DNA of 62,705 nucleotides, filler included, from Asterionella formosa (taxonomy: Eukaryota), in the NCBI GenBank assembly GCA_002256025.1. It is 10 parts of 10 records of this genome, joined end to end, with 100 filler letters (N's around TTAATTAATTAA, not from the genome) between each part and the next. Parts side by side here need not be neighbours in the genome. Positions count along the whole stretch, not along the records: positions 50,268 to 56,432 come from NKIB01012800.1; positions 56,533 to 62,705 come from NKIB01012801.1; 8 more parts are not named here. One strand, 5' to 3'. The position numbers and the translations under genes are program-made. Below the pieces are notes generated by a model. The model made no database searches. It was not told the origin of the DNA and saw only the letters and a list, made by a program, of their open reading frames with translations. Below, in pieces: positions 50,825-62,577 of the stretch; positions within the stretch are counted from its first letter, which is position 1; each line of letters starts with the position of its first letter.

Positions 50825-53091
50825 ATGGCAATAACTACGATAGTTCGGCTGATTGTCCTGTGCATCAGCTCGTGTTCCGTTTCCACCGCGGCAACCTTCC
50901 ACCTCTTCTATGATGGAATTGTGTCGCCCCAAGTCATTCAACTTCACCAGCAGCCAGACTCAACGAACTTGGCTATTCCATACAGTATGGTCTCGGACCT
51001 ATCCACTTCCTTCATGACGGACGCCATTCAGTCCTTCGTAATGACGAAAGAACCCACCAAGACCAGAAGTTCTGACTTTAGTGCTGACGAACGAACGCTC
51101 GAAATGGATCGACGTTGCTATGAAGCAAAGATCCCTGGCCAAGGAGGAAGGTGCACATTCGATCACCACAGCAATGAGGACGCATTGATTCATGTGAATA
51201 CGCACTTTTATTCTCGACAGAATCAGGTCTTGGTTCAAGTTGAAGTGGCGATTACGTCCTTTCGTTTGGGATTTGCGGCCAAGGATGCACTGGTAAAGTG
51301 TGTCCCTAAAATCAACGACCATATCAAAGACTTTTACGAAGTCGTGTGGTCGATCCATGAGAGATCGAGCCCCTTGGACCTCACATATCCGTCTACCGTG
51401 GCGGCATCGCAGAACCGAGCTGATCTGACAGCGTCGTCGGTTGATACGCTTATACTGTCGCAACCACTTCTCAAGAATCGAATGCGCATTGCCTCCAATA
51501 TGTCATATACATTTCCTTTAGAACTATGGCAATATCAAGATTCTACCTTGACTCAGCCCGTCAGGTCATTGTTTGTAAGCGGACAGCTGCTCACGACATC
51601 ACACCCTGCTGGCACAGCGCATGTTGAAGCTTTGGTACATCCGGCCCTAATTTCCAGTGAATCTCCCAAATACGTTGTCATTGTGTCCTTGGATCCGACT
51701 GCGGCATTGAAGGAAATATTGAAACACAAGGGTGTGCAGAAAGTGGTCGTCTTGGGCATGGACAATGCCATCGTTGAGATGACGCGCAAGTTCATGCCAC
51801 ACTTGGACAATTGCACCTTTCTCGGCACAGGTGAAACATCTTGTCTTCACCAACCAATTGTGGAAATTGTCGAACTTAATGCCAAGATATGGATGAAACA
51901 ATGTGCGGAGGCAGCTGCCTCAGCTGATGTTAACGTATATGATAATTTCATTGATGTCGTGTACATCGACGTGCCAATCGGAAATGACGAGTGGTTAGCA
52001 ATTGACTTTCACAAAGACCTGTATGAAAGTCTAGATGATAGCTCCGTTGTGGTTGTCTCTGCGGGGTCACAGCCCAAATTGTTTGAAGTTGAGGACAACG
52101 ACTTGAGTCCCCGAGACGAATTAATTCGACAAGCATTTCGCGTCGCACCTTACGGGCTGGGGTATGATATGGGGTCAGTGTACGATGAGCCCTTGGCAAC
52201 ACCGCTTGCATCTGCATTTCTAATTCTATTCCCCAATCTTTCGGATACGTCCACTTCGTTCATGCGTACAAATAGTCCAGCCATTGAGATTGATGTGATT
52301 CAGAAGCTTCACGCCGACATTGCGGTGTTTCCCACCCTTGTTTACGATGGAATGACGCATAGGCAATACAACACACTGTCGCGAGCGTGGGAACATTGGT
52401 ATTGCAAGTCATTGCCGGGTCGAGAATTGCCTATCTGTAACTCGTTCCTTGCACGATGGTTCAACGCTGACAATCACTTTTATGGCACAGTAGTGCGACA
52501 ACATCCAGTGAAGGGACGATCTCTCTTTGCCGTTGAGGATTGTCCAGCTGGGCATTTTATTTTGCCTCATGATGCTGGTCTAAGCCTTCGTATTGACAAG
52601 CAAAGATGGAATGCTTTGAACAAATTCATAGATGATTTCCCTGAAGCCGATTTATACCGTCAACTTCGCGACTTTTTCATTACATATGGCTTTGAGTCGG
52701 AGGCTTTGGGATCCACTGGTTGGGCTGTTAGCATTGCCTGTAACAATACTTTCACCAACCATGGCTGTTCACATGATGAAATCAATACGTGTTGGGTAGA
52801 GGAGTTATACGTCGGCGAGGATGAAAATCCTTCGTCTCCTTTTTCTCCCCCTTTCCTCCGTAAGTCTGAACTTTTTGTTATGCTCACCCATGCAGTGAAG
52901 GACATTAAGGCAGGAGACGAAATCATGATGGACTATTCGGCGTTTCGCGAACATGCGGCTACAGATCAGAACTTTACTAAGTTCTTAGATGACATGTGCC
53001 AGAAAGGAGTTGGTTTGGTTCCAACCACAAGTGTTGCAACAAATGATATTACATTGGATGGTACAGGAACCCGTCAGGAAAAGGGAGAATT
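50825..53091 (+). CDS. Signal peptide + spermidine-synthase-like aminopropyltransferase + SET domain fusion (putative long-chain polyamine machinery); stop lies in the N gap
   Basis: Hydrophobic N-terminus. APT-like HVEALVHPAL...PKYVVIV...LKEILKHKGVQKVVV...D..IVEMTRKFMP...DVVYID. SET motifs KGRSLFAVEDCPAGHFI...FTNHGC...AVKDIKAGDEIMMDY. Confidence 0.82.
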
Positions 53092-53665
53092 NNNNNNNNN
53101 NNNNNNNNNNNNNNNNNNNNNNNNNNNNNNNNNNNNNNNNNNNNNNNNNNNNNNNNNNNNNNNNNNNNNNNNNNNNNNNNNNNNNNNNNNNNNNNNNNNN
53201 NNNNNNNNNNNNNNNNNNNNNNNNNNNNNNNNNNNNNNNNNNNNNNNNNNNNNNNNNNNNNNNNNNNNNNNNNNNNNNNNNNNNNNNNNNNNNNNNNNNN
53301 NNNNNNNNNNNNNNNNNNNNNNNNNNNNNNNNNNNNNNNNNNNNNNNNNNNNNNNNNNNNNNNNNNNNNNNNNNNNNNNNNNNNNNNNNNNNNNNNNNNN
53401 NNNNNNNNNNNNNNNNNNNNNNNNNNNNNNNNNNNNNNNNNNNNNNNNNNNNNNNNNNNNNNNNNNNNNNNNNNNNNNNNNNNNNNNNNNNNNNNNNNNN
53501 NNNNNNNNNNNNNNNNNNNNNNNNNNNNNNNNNNNNNNNNNNNNNNNNNNNNNNNNNNNNNNNNNNNNNNNNNNNNNNNNNNNNNNNNNNNNNNNNNNNN
53601 NNNNNNNNNNNNNNNNNNNNNNNNNNNNNNNNNNNNNNNNNNNNNNNNNNNNNNNNNNNNNNNNN

Positions 53666-54524
53666 ACTGTCCATCAGCGGTATTATCCTTCTCGATCATC
53701 ATAATATCTCTAAAGTTCATAAGTGTTGCTCTAAGCATTCTGTTTTGCACAAAGTTTGCCAATTTACTAGACCGAGAAAAGAGTGCTGCCACAAGCCGAG
53801 GAGCTACAAACGTCATGGTCAAAGTCATGACCGTTGAATCTTTTCCTTGCGGCTGAAATTCCACTCTTCCAAAGTTTTTCATCCCCGATGTTGATTCCCA
53901 CTCGATCAAACTCGGTCTCTCTATACGAGTACTAATGGCATTCCAAGTAAAGGACAATCCTCGGAACCCCATGTACCACTTTGTTTCTCCTAGATTCAAT
54001 CTTTGGTTCATGTCCTTTATAGTTCTTCCGTCAATAGCAGTAGTAGTTGCCGTGGTAGCTGACCGTAGTGATGGTGGTGGCACCAAGTATTCTACCTTTT
54101 GTAGCCACGGGGAAAATTCTGCCTGTCGAGGTAAATCTGAAAATGCATCAAACGCAATCTCGGCATTGAATGGTAATTCTAATGATGTTGAAACCTTGAT
54201 TTCATGTCTTTGTGGATGAACCTTGTTGTTGTCTTTTAATGGTTCTTGGTCGTTCCTACTACTGCTGTAACTACTACTACTGCTACCACCTCTTGCACAA
54301 TAATTGCAATGATGCATGCTGCCAAGGAATGCGTGACAAGAGCGCAGATTGGATGTTGTACGGGAAGTTGTACTAGTAGTTGCTGCACGATGATGGTGAT
54401 GATCTGGAATGGACAGAGCGCCAGTGATGGAACAACAAATGATGAGAATACTCATACTACTCAACAACAAAGCAATGCCGCCGACATGGAGTCTATCTCG
54501 TCGGCCTAATAGTTCAGCCATCAT
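53666..54524 (-). CDS. Polyketide cyclase/START (SRPBCC) domain protein with an N-terminal targeting sequence; stop lies in the gap
   Basis: VSTSLELPFNAEIAFDAFSDLPRQAEFSPWLQKVEY...SFTWNAIST...IEWESTSGMKNFGRVEF...TVMTLTMTF, preceded by a hydrophobic signal and a Ser/Thr-rich stretch. Confidence 0.82.
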
Positions 54525-54616
54525 GTTACTATTTTATACTACCGATATATGGAAAGGCATGAGCAATCAATCAGCATGACGAGGATAGGATCGAGTACCG
54601 GTACATCTTCAAACAA

Positions 54617-55032
54617 TGTCAAGAATATTAGACCGAGTCACAAGGATTGTGGACTCGATTGTAATCGAACGAGTCGAATATTGCATTACCACATCAATCA
54701 GTTGTCTAGCAAGATCAAAGATTGAAGATTTCTATGAAAATGTCAAGTAGAAACTCAAAGAGTCAAAGAGAGTCTTAGAAAGACTTTGCAGGAAGCAAAG
54801 ATGCATGGAAAGGAAACATTTAGTTTAGCTTACAATCTAATTTGAGTTTAGATTATCAACTGAGGAAACAGTGTGTTAATTGACAGGAAGGTAAATAAGT
54901 CTATCTAGCAGGAAGGCTAGAAGCAGAGAAAAGAGAGAAAGTAAGTGGTACTAGGTAGTACCACAAGCACGTAAGAGTCTACCTGAGGAGAGACCCAGCC
55001 TGCAGGAAGGAGTATGGACCAGCATTTCAACA
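54617..55032. mobile_element. Solo LTR (different family) with a 6-bp TSD (AAACAA)
   Basis: TGT...ACA termini (TGTCAAG...TTTCAACA) flanked by AAACAA at 54611-54616 and 55033-55038. 416 bp, non-coding. Confidence 0.7.
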
Positions 55033-56532
55033 AAACAAGGTATATATACCAGGTACCTGGTGGGTACTGGTAGGTAGACTATATATCAGGTAATGCAATA
55101 CTTTATGTATACATAACTTCCGCCGTATTGTGTAATTAATACCGGTAATTTTCCCAACCGGTACATAGGTCAGTAATGATTTATCCAATATATTTCGTCT
55201 AAATGCGGAAATGTCAAAACGAAGCAAGTGGCTGAAAAAGAAAAAGACAATGACCAGGACAGTCCAGTAATCAGAAAATTGCGTGCACTATAAACTAAAA
55301 ATTCCACATTGCGGTTTCAACCTACTTCATTGGAAGGCTGTCCGGCTCACCAATTTGGAAATGATGAAAATCTCAATTTATTTACATTTATTTACATTAC
55401 CTGTAACCGTTATAAAGTTTCAAACAGAAAAGCGCTGCCACCTTTCACAGCAGAATCGCTGACTACCAACTTCAACTTGCTGACTTCGGATTCCTTGTTG
55501 CTAACTGCTGACTTGATTTGCTGAAAATTTGAAATATTCACTGACTGCTGAATTCATTTGCTGACTGCTGATATGAAATCGCTGACTGCTGACTTAAAGT
55601 TCATTTTGACTATAAAATCACTATTGGCTTGATGTCTATTTAAACAACTATTTAAAGAATAACTGAGTGGCGCAAAATTTAGGGGTTCGACAATTTTTGG
55701 GGGTGAACCCCTGGTACTGGTACCGGTGTATTGTTGTTAGATCGGGGTACATGTGCATACCGGTATACCTAATACAGCATAGGAGTACATACCAGTGTAA
55801 TATCAAGGCTTGCTGATTTTGCTCACTCATTTTCTCCAAATCGCACAAGCAATACTGGCACTACATACAGTCAACCATACTGCTCTATCTTGCCAGTCCT
55901 TTTTCACTATCTTCAACACTCATCCATCATTCCACTGCCAGTGACATTCCCATTGCTTTTGCATCATCATCACTGCCCCTGTCTCTCAAGTCAACACTCC
56001 TCAAGGAGCCTTATTGCTTTTTACTGATCATTGCTCAAACCACTCAATAATCATCCCTGATGCTTTCCCATCATTTCCGTCGACTCACTCATCATCATCA
56101 TCATCATCATCACTTCACCACCATCCTTCCTGTTCCATTCCCATAATTGCTCCAACACCCATCCCAGCTTCATTCTTGCTGCTTTCCAATTATTTCCGGC
56201 GACTCTCTCATCATCACTTCACCGCCATCCTAAGCAACACATATGTGTCAGCTTTTCTAACAGTTGTGGATTGATCCAAAGATGGCTGATAGGTAGCACT
56301 TACCGATTTCTTTTGTCCACGCACATTGATGGTTGACCAGCCACCAAATCGAAAAGGAGCTGTTGAATCACTGAAAGGGGACGAGTCATTCTGTATTTGT
56401 AATCCCAGCAATTGATCATCTTGGCATTTGCTNNNNNNNNNNNNNNNNNNNNNNNNNNNNNNNNNNNNNNNNNNNNTTAATTAATTAANNNNNNNNNNNN
56501 NNNNNNNNNNNNNNNNNNNNNNNNNNNNNNNN

Positions 56533-58021
56533 TGCAGATATAGATAATTGGTGAGGCGGGAGCGGCTTCCGATGAGAAGAACGATATGCCGCTATCTCAA
56601 GTCGATCGCTTTTGCTTCGTTTTGCGCTTTCACGCCCACCAAAAGAATTACCGGCGTTTCCGACTTGTCGTCATCGCATGTTCCAGAGTCGCTAAGTGCT
56701 GCTGCCTTGATAGAACTGATGATGGCGGAAGCAAGTTGCTTTGTTGTCATCTCGGAAATGGTACGCTTCGATCCGCCTTGCTCTCCTTTCTTGTCGCGTT
56801 CCTTTCGGACTCGATCACGCTCCTCAGATGAAAGCTTTTCCCATTCTGTTGTTGAGTAGTAAGTGGTTTTCTGTGGAGTGGTTCCGCGCCTGCCGCGACC
56901 GCGGCCGACCCCGCGCCCCTGGAAGCCACGACCGTCGCCGCGGCCTCCGCCACGATGTCCGCCACGGCCGGTTGTGTTTGTTGCGTTAATTCGTCTGGAT
57001 AGCTGATAATCAGGCGTCTGTGACACCTCAGAGTTTAAATGGTTCGCTGCGACGGTAAAGGTAATACCGGTTGTATTGAGCTGGTATCTGAGTTGGGCGA
57101 CCGCGGCAGATAAGCCGGAGCTCTGCACTTTGGACAATAGCTCGTCTACTTTCGCTCTTTCGGACAAAGGCTCATTCTCTTCTTCGAAGATCGTGAACAT
57201 ACGTTGTAGTGAATCCAAGAACTTGTTAAAAGGTAACGAACGCTCTGTCTTGTAGTGGAGGGACGATTGAACCTTCTTGGCGTCAGCAATCCTACGTGTG
57301 GAATTTCCTTCGCCAGCATAGTGCCGCCTCAATGCGACCATGTCCCTACGACCGTCCTGATAACGAGAGATGGAACGAATCCAATTTTCTGTCTATTCGC
57401 CCTGTAGAAAACCAAGTAACAGTGTATGCACACGTCTCGTATCCGCAATGTAATACTGACCATTAAGGGGGGCACGATGGATCATGCGCTCGTTGAATGA
57501 GCCATAATCGGCCTCAGCTTTGGGATCCTCCGCTTCTCTTACCACATAAGACAATGGTATGCCGCTAACGCCGGGAATGACAGCCAAGTAGTTGATAAAG
57601 GCCTTTTCCCACTCAGGCCACTTCCTCTCATCTTTGAATTTTCCCGGATTGGCAGCCTTGGAATTAGTAGCCACGAGATCTATGTCGGACTTCCTGATCT
57701 GCGCAAGGCTCAACAATTGATATAGAATCTCAACATTGAAATCGTTGTGGTCCGGAACGTCGTTAACTCGATGACAATCCTGGACCCAATGCATAACGCC
57801 TGTCAATTTCTTTGTGCGTCCAAGTCCAAAAACAATCTTACCGTTTGCCACGCTACGCTTCGCAAATTCGTCCGCCATGTCACGAATGTCCTTTTCTACT
57901 AGATAACGGAAGTCCTCAAACTCGCTAATACCTGCTGCCATGATGTTCATACGTTCGACAGCGACCTCAAAACCGATTGCCAACAGAACGTGGGCGACTC
58001 CGACCAAATGTTATTCGCCAT
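56533..58021 (-). mobile_element. Gag of a diatom Copia (CoDi-type) element, inactivated by a stop (57393-57395) and frameshifts; continues into the spacer
   Basis: PGKFKDERKWPEWEKAFINYL..IPGVSGIPLSYVVRE...APLNG..Y..D...VH and GE*TENWIR...DGRRDMVALRRHYAGEG...LHYKTERSLPF, an RG-rich tract, then NAGNSFGGR in a shifted frame. Confidence 0.85.
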
Positions 58022-58205
58022 GATAATGAGTGGATTTGCTGGGAAAAGAGAATGATAGTAATTCGCAAACGATAATGAGTGGATTTGCTGGGAAAAGAGA
58101 ATGATAGTAATTCGCAAACGCAAACGCATGTCGTCAGTGGATTCCCGCTGTAACGATTTTCGCAAACGCAAATGCATGTCGTCAGTGGATTCCCTCTGTA
58201 ACGAA
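58022..58205. repeat. Two pairs of ~48-bp tandem repeats in the Copia 5' UTR
   Basis: GATAATGAGTGGATTTGCTGGGAAAAGAGAATGATAGTAATTCGCAAAC x2, then TTCGCAAACGCAAA.GCATGTCGTCAGTGGATTCCC.CTGTAACGA x2. Confidence 0.85.
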
Positions 58206-60349
58206 TAGTGCTTGTGTGCAGGCAGCACAGTTACCCCAATGCCGTCGTTGAGTGATCAGTTCAACTCCGGCCACAATCGCTATCGCTCGCTGGGCGTCTG
58301 CGGATACCCGTCGGTACGACTCGAGTGCACACGGTCACCGACGCCTGCGAATGATCGTCATCATCCAAATTCGGTACACACACGTGACACTACATACTGA
58401 ATATGAAAAATTCGTTACGAACACGTAATGCCAGACGCCTTGTCTCGATGGTTCGAATTCGACGCTCCTATTCGCTCGCACTGTACGCTCTTCTCCGATT
58501 CAAAGATAACTCAAGTGGTAATCTATAGAGCGGTGGGTCTGATAAACCGAATAAATACTCTAGTGTTGTCGGCAGAACAACTTACATGGTGCACAAGGAA
58601 AGAAAGATAAAGGTTGAAAAGATAGACTTAAAGATATAGAAACCTACGCCGTTCTAGCGCATTCGCTGCTCCAAGCCTGCACGCTGTACTATCGCTAAAA
58701 CACTCTAACGACTAGTTAGTCCCCTGTACCGTATGACACGGTACATTCATCCACGCGCCCACACTGCACTGCAATATTCGTTCAGCTTAACGGATATTCT
58801 ACCGGTACCGGCAGTCATCTAGTCTACATACGTACGTGGTACTAAAAACAACCATGCATGCTTTAACGCTTACTTTGAACACGTTATAATATTATCTCTG
58901 TAGACTCGGTATTATTTTTACGAGACCTGAAATGTTGAATTATATCGTTCACATATTCATTGATTTTACGTACAGTATGCCCAATTTCGTCCTCACAAAT
59001 ATAGTTCTCACTCTATCTTGCCTGCCTTTGCTCTATTCTGGCTTGCAAAATTCAACGTTCGTCTTTCTTTGATCCCATCGTCTGCTGCTTGTTATGCTAG
59101 TTGAAGCGGATCGGTGAGTACAACAGTGAAACACTGAATGTAGATTGTAGATCGTATTTATTCCGATTTGATTGCTTCTGTGGTTTGTTTTGATTGCTTC
59201 CATCATTGTTTGTCGTTACGCACTGTCGTTTTGTTTCGATTGTACATATCTACATAAGATCCAATGCATTTATCAATGACTACTCATTGAAGATGTTGTA
59301 TTGTGCCATTGTTGATTTGTATAGTCATTGACAATGATGTCAATACTGCCGCCAAGCAATGCTTTTCTTGTACTATCTCGCTTTGCTACTTTTCTACAAC
59401 GAGTTAGTATCACAAGCTACATAAATACTCAGCTAGAGAGTGTCAATAGTGCTGGAGCAGCGTGGCGATCACGCTTGCTCAGAATGGATGCCTGTTTGGT
59501 GGGCGGAGAGGAACGACTGTGGCGGAAATACTGCTACTAGTGTCAGGCTACTACAGCGATGTGCATGGTTGCAGCAACCAGACCATTGATGCTAAATAAT
59601 GATGCAGGTCTACATTGGGTTGAGCTTTTTTCTTCTTCTTTCGGTCTTTGATTGTATGGTGATAGAAATTCAATGTTGCCTGTGTAAGTACTACAATGAT
59701 TAACAATGCATACGTCTCCATTGGAACTCTTATTTTTCATTTCATTTCTAACCCAAATCATTTTTTTCTATTTCTCATTTGATGCTACTTATTACATCGC
59801 ATTTCATACTTTGGTTGCTCCAAACATCATGTTCAATTTTCATTGATTTTGCATGTTACAATCATTCTCATGTGTTTTACGCTTTTTGTACCATCTCTAT
59901 GCATATTACCGTTATTCTGGTAGTCATGCTAAAATCGGCAATTTTATTGCCGAAAAATTCGATGTGCCCCATATTGCCCTTAAATAAAAATACTTAAGAA
60001 ATTACTTAGAGCCTAAAAATTACTTAGAAGTACCCGAATGGCAAGACGATAGCTGGAGCGGGAATTGCCTCAACAATAAGACCCTTCTCGGCGGCTACTT
60101 GCCTTCTCGTATAACTATGTACTCGCAGGCAAGAGACCACATCGGGCTTGTATTACCTTCAGCATGTTTCTGTCTAACGATCATCCTGCGATCATGCATG
60201 CATTTGTTTCATCACAACGAAGCGTGCGACAAAACACCAAGAGTACGTGGAGATATTGGTATATATATATAGTGAATAAAAATGATATCAACAGAAAGTA
60301 TTTAATTAAATTGCGCCCAAAAATGGTTTTGCCATAAAAAACATTCCCG

Positions 60350-61390
60350 ATGCTTTCTTCAAAGCAGAAACGCAAGAATGTTTCCTTGAAACGTTTTTTT
60401 TGGAGGAAAGTGATTCTTCTTTTGTGGCTGCTCGCATTGACAATGTCTTCATTCAATTGGATGAGATCAATGAACTACTCAGGTAAAGCCACTGCACCTC
60501 GAGCGTATTTATTGCGTCAGCAACAAATAGAATGTCGATCTGCTTTGCTTCCTGGAGAATCCTTAAAGAATAGATCCAACCAGAAGATTCGTTTTACTCC
60601 CGAGCTTTATGACAAATTTGTTACGATGTTTTCTGAATGGGAGGGATGGATGTCGCCACCGTCGTTTTTCTTCACTGGTTTGCTTTCTCAAGTACAGCAC
60701 AGAAATGGCGTAGTTGGACCTGTGGGGGAAATTGGTGTTCATCATGGAAAGTTTGTTGTTGCGATTGCAATGTTTGCCTTTGAGACTGAGAGAGTATGGG
60801 CTGCGGATTTATTTGAGCGCCAAAACGAAAATGTTGATGGAGCTGGAAAAGGGAGTAAAGAAATGCTATTGAAATACTTTCAAGAGTTTGGTATTGACAC
60901 CATAATAAACAATCGCATTGTTACTGCAAATAGCATGAGTCTAAAAGGGGTGGACCTTCAGTCAGATGGATTTTCCGCTTTCCGGTTTCTATCAGTAGAC
61001 GGTGGTCACACACATGAAACAACTTTGAATGATTTATTCTTCAGTTGCGAGCTAGTTCAAGAGGGATCGATTGTCGTTTTAGATGATTTTTTGAATCATG
61101 AGTGGCTTGGTGTTCCCTCTGCTGCATTTCAATTTATTAGGACTCAGACTCGTCTCGTCCCCTTTTTGTGGGCATCAAACAAGTTGTTTTTTACAACTAA
61201 AAGCTTTGCCCCAATTTATCTTCTAGCTATTGATGCTTTGGAGCAGGTACTCTGTGACCCGAAAATGAATAAAATAAATTCCGGACAAATCTTTCCAGAA
61301 AGGGTATGTGTTGTCACTTGTCAGAGTGCTGACTGTGACTTTGATATTTTCATGAAATCATACAAAAAACTCCTTCTCTTTAATATATGA
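60350..61390 (+). CDS. Membrane-anchored class I SAM-dependent methyltransferase (Methyltransf_24-like)
   Basis: Basic N-terminus plus a signal anchor (VILLLWLLALTM), then VGEIGVHHGKF, AADLF, FLSVDGGH and IVVLDDF...WLGV. Intronless, 346 aa. Confidence 0.85.
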   Translation: MLSSKQKRKNVSLKRFFWRKVILLLWLLALTMSSFNWMRSMNYSGKATAPRAYLLRQQQIECRSALLPGESLKNRSNQKIRFTPELYDKFVTMFSEWEGWMSPPSFFFTGLLSQVQHRNGVVGPVGEIGVHHGKFVVAIAMFAFETERVWAADLFERQNENVDGAGKGSKEMLLKYFQEFGIDTIINNRIVTANSMSLKGVDLQSDGFSAFRFLSVDGGHTHETTLNDLFFSCELVQEGSIVVLDDFLNHEWLGVPSAAFQFIRTQTRLVPFLWASNKLFFTTKSFAPIYLLAIDALEQVLCDPKMNKINSGQIFPERVCVVTCQSADCDFDIFMKSYKKLLLFNI

Positions 61391-61522
61391 TCTTGTAAAA
61401 TTTTGGGGAATGATCATGAATTGTAGGTGGAGAAACTCTCTGATACATGAATTCATAATTTCATATTAAACCCTTAAAAGTACTTACAGAGAATTACTTG
61501 AATGTAAAGATAGCTACAGTAA

Positions 61523-61792
61523 GGCCGTTGCTTACGGTGGACCAAAACGCCAACCAAACAGTGTTCTGGTTTCGGCAACCCTAAAAAAATGCTATCAGGA
61601 GTGAAAAACCTAACGCAAACATATTACGTTTAGGTGATTCTGTGCCCATATCCCAAAAAGTTACCAAAACACATTACATTTAGGTTTTTTCTCCAAAGTT
61701 ACATAAACGTAGGATTCCATATTGACTACTTTGAATGTAGTCACTAGAAACTCAATTATTATCAACAATCGAGGATGAGTGGCAATCAACAG

Positions 61793-61875
<83 letters not shown>

Positions 61876-62213
61876 AGAGTATATATTTACAACACTACTG
61901 GTATAGTATACTGGTATTTACATACCGGTGTGCAGTTGGATGACAAGACAGCAGTATCGCTAAAAATTGAGGGAAAAACTAACTAATTTCCAAATAGGAA
62001 TCATAATATTTCAGTTCCAAGAGTAGTCTATCAGAAATATTTTAATTTTTTTATAATTGTTTTGTCATTCTACATCTCAGTAGATGGGTGGTTGACAACA
62101 TTTAGGATTTCCCAAAAACCGATAGCATCTTTTTGCATCAGTCTGACCAAAACCAAAACCTATCCAAAACTAAGTTTTTTGGTTTTGGTTCGGGTCAATG
62201 GCTAGCAATGGCC
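61523..62213. mobile_element. PIF/Harbinger-type MITE (691 bp) containing a (GTT)28 microsatellite
   Basis: TIRs GGCCGTTGCT / AGCAATGGCC (9/10 match), TAA TSD at 61520-61522 and 62214-62216, and ACCAAAAC subterminal motifs at both ends. Confidence 0.72.
61792..61875 (+). repeat. (GTT)28 microsatellite
   Basis: Perfect trinucleotide array. Confidence 0.97.
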
Positions 62214-62458
62214 TAATACATTCATTATTACTCCCCTTCCTAAATTCTCTCCTACTCCACAAACAAAATGTGGGGTTCTCATTCTGGCCAGTTTTTGCAT
62301 TTTGTTCATTGACTTGAGAGGGTACTCACAATTTACATATTGTCTGATTTGTATATTGTCATTAGCCTCTTTTACATTTCTGTTGGGGAAATCACTGTGC
62401 TTTTGGCATGATGTATTTTCCGAATGGTTCATTTGGTCATGCCCATGATCAAACTTGT

Positions 62459-62577
62459 ATGTGAAGTTTTCACAATGAATTTTGAACGCGAGACTGAATT
62501 AGTTGATGTTTCAAATAATTCATTTGAAAGCTCAACTAAGATCCTGCTCTTGAGGCTAATACATTCACAACATGCAT
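62459..62577 (+). repeat. Partial third copy of the 188-bp-unit repeat family sequence
   Basis: Matches 37502-37620 nearly exactly but lacks the upstream part of the unit. Confidence 0.85.

Noticed and set aside
6196..56532. Regularly spaced TTAATTAATTAA as a biological repeat or CRISPR-like array
   Set aside because: It is always embedded in N44 flanks, so it is an assembly spacer.
47105..61390. Methyltransferase 'cluster' (SET, APT-SET, Methyltransf_24)
   Set aside because: The genes lie on three different scaffolds separated by artificial spacers.
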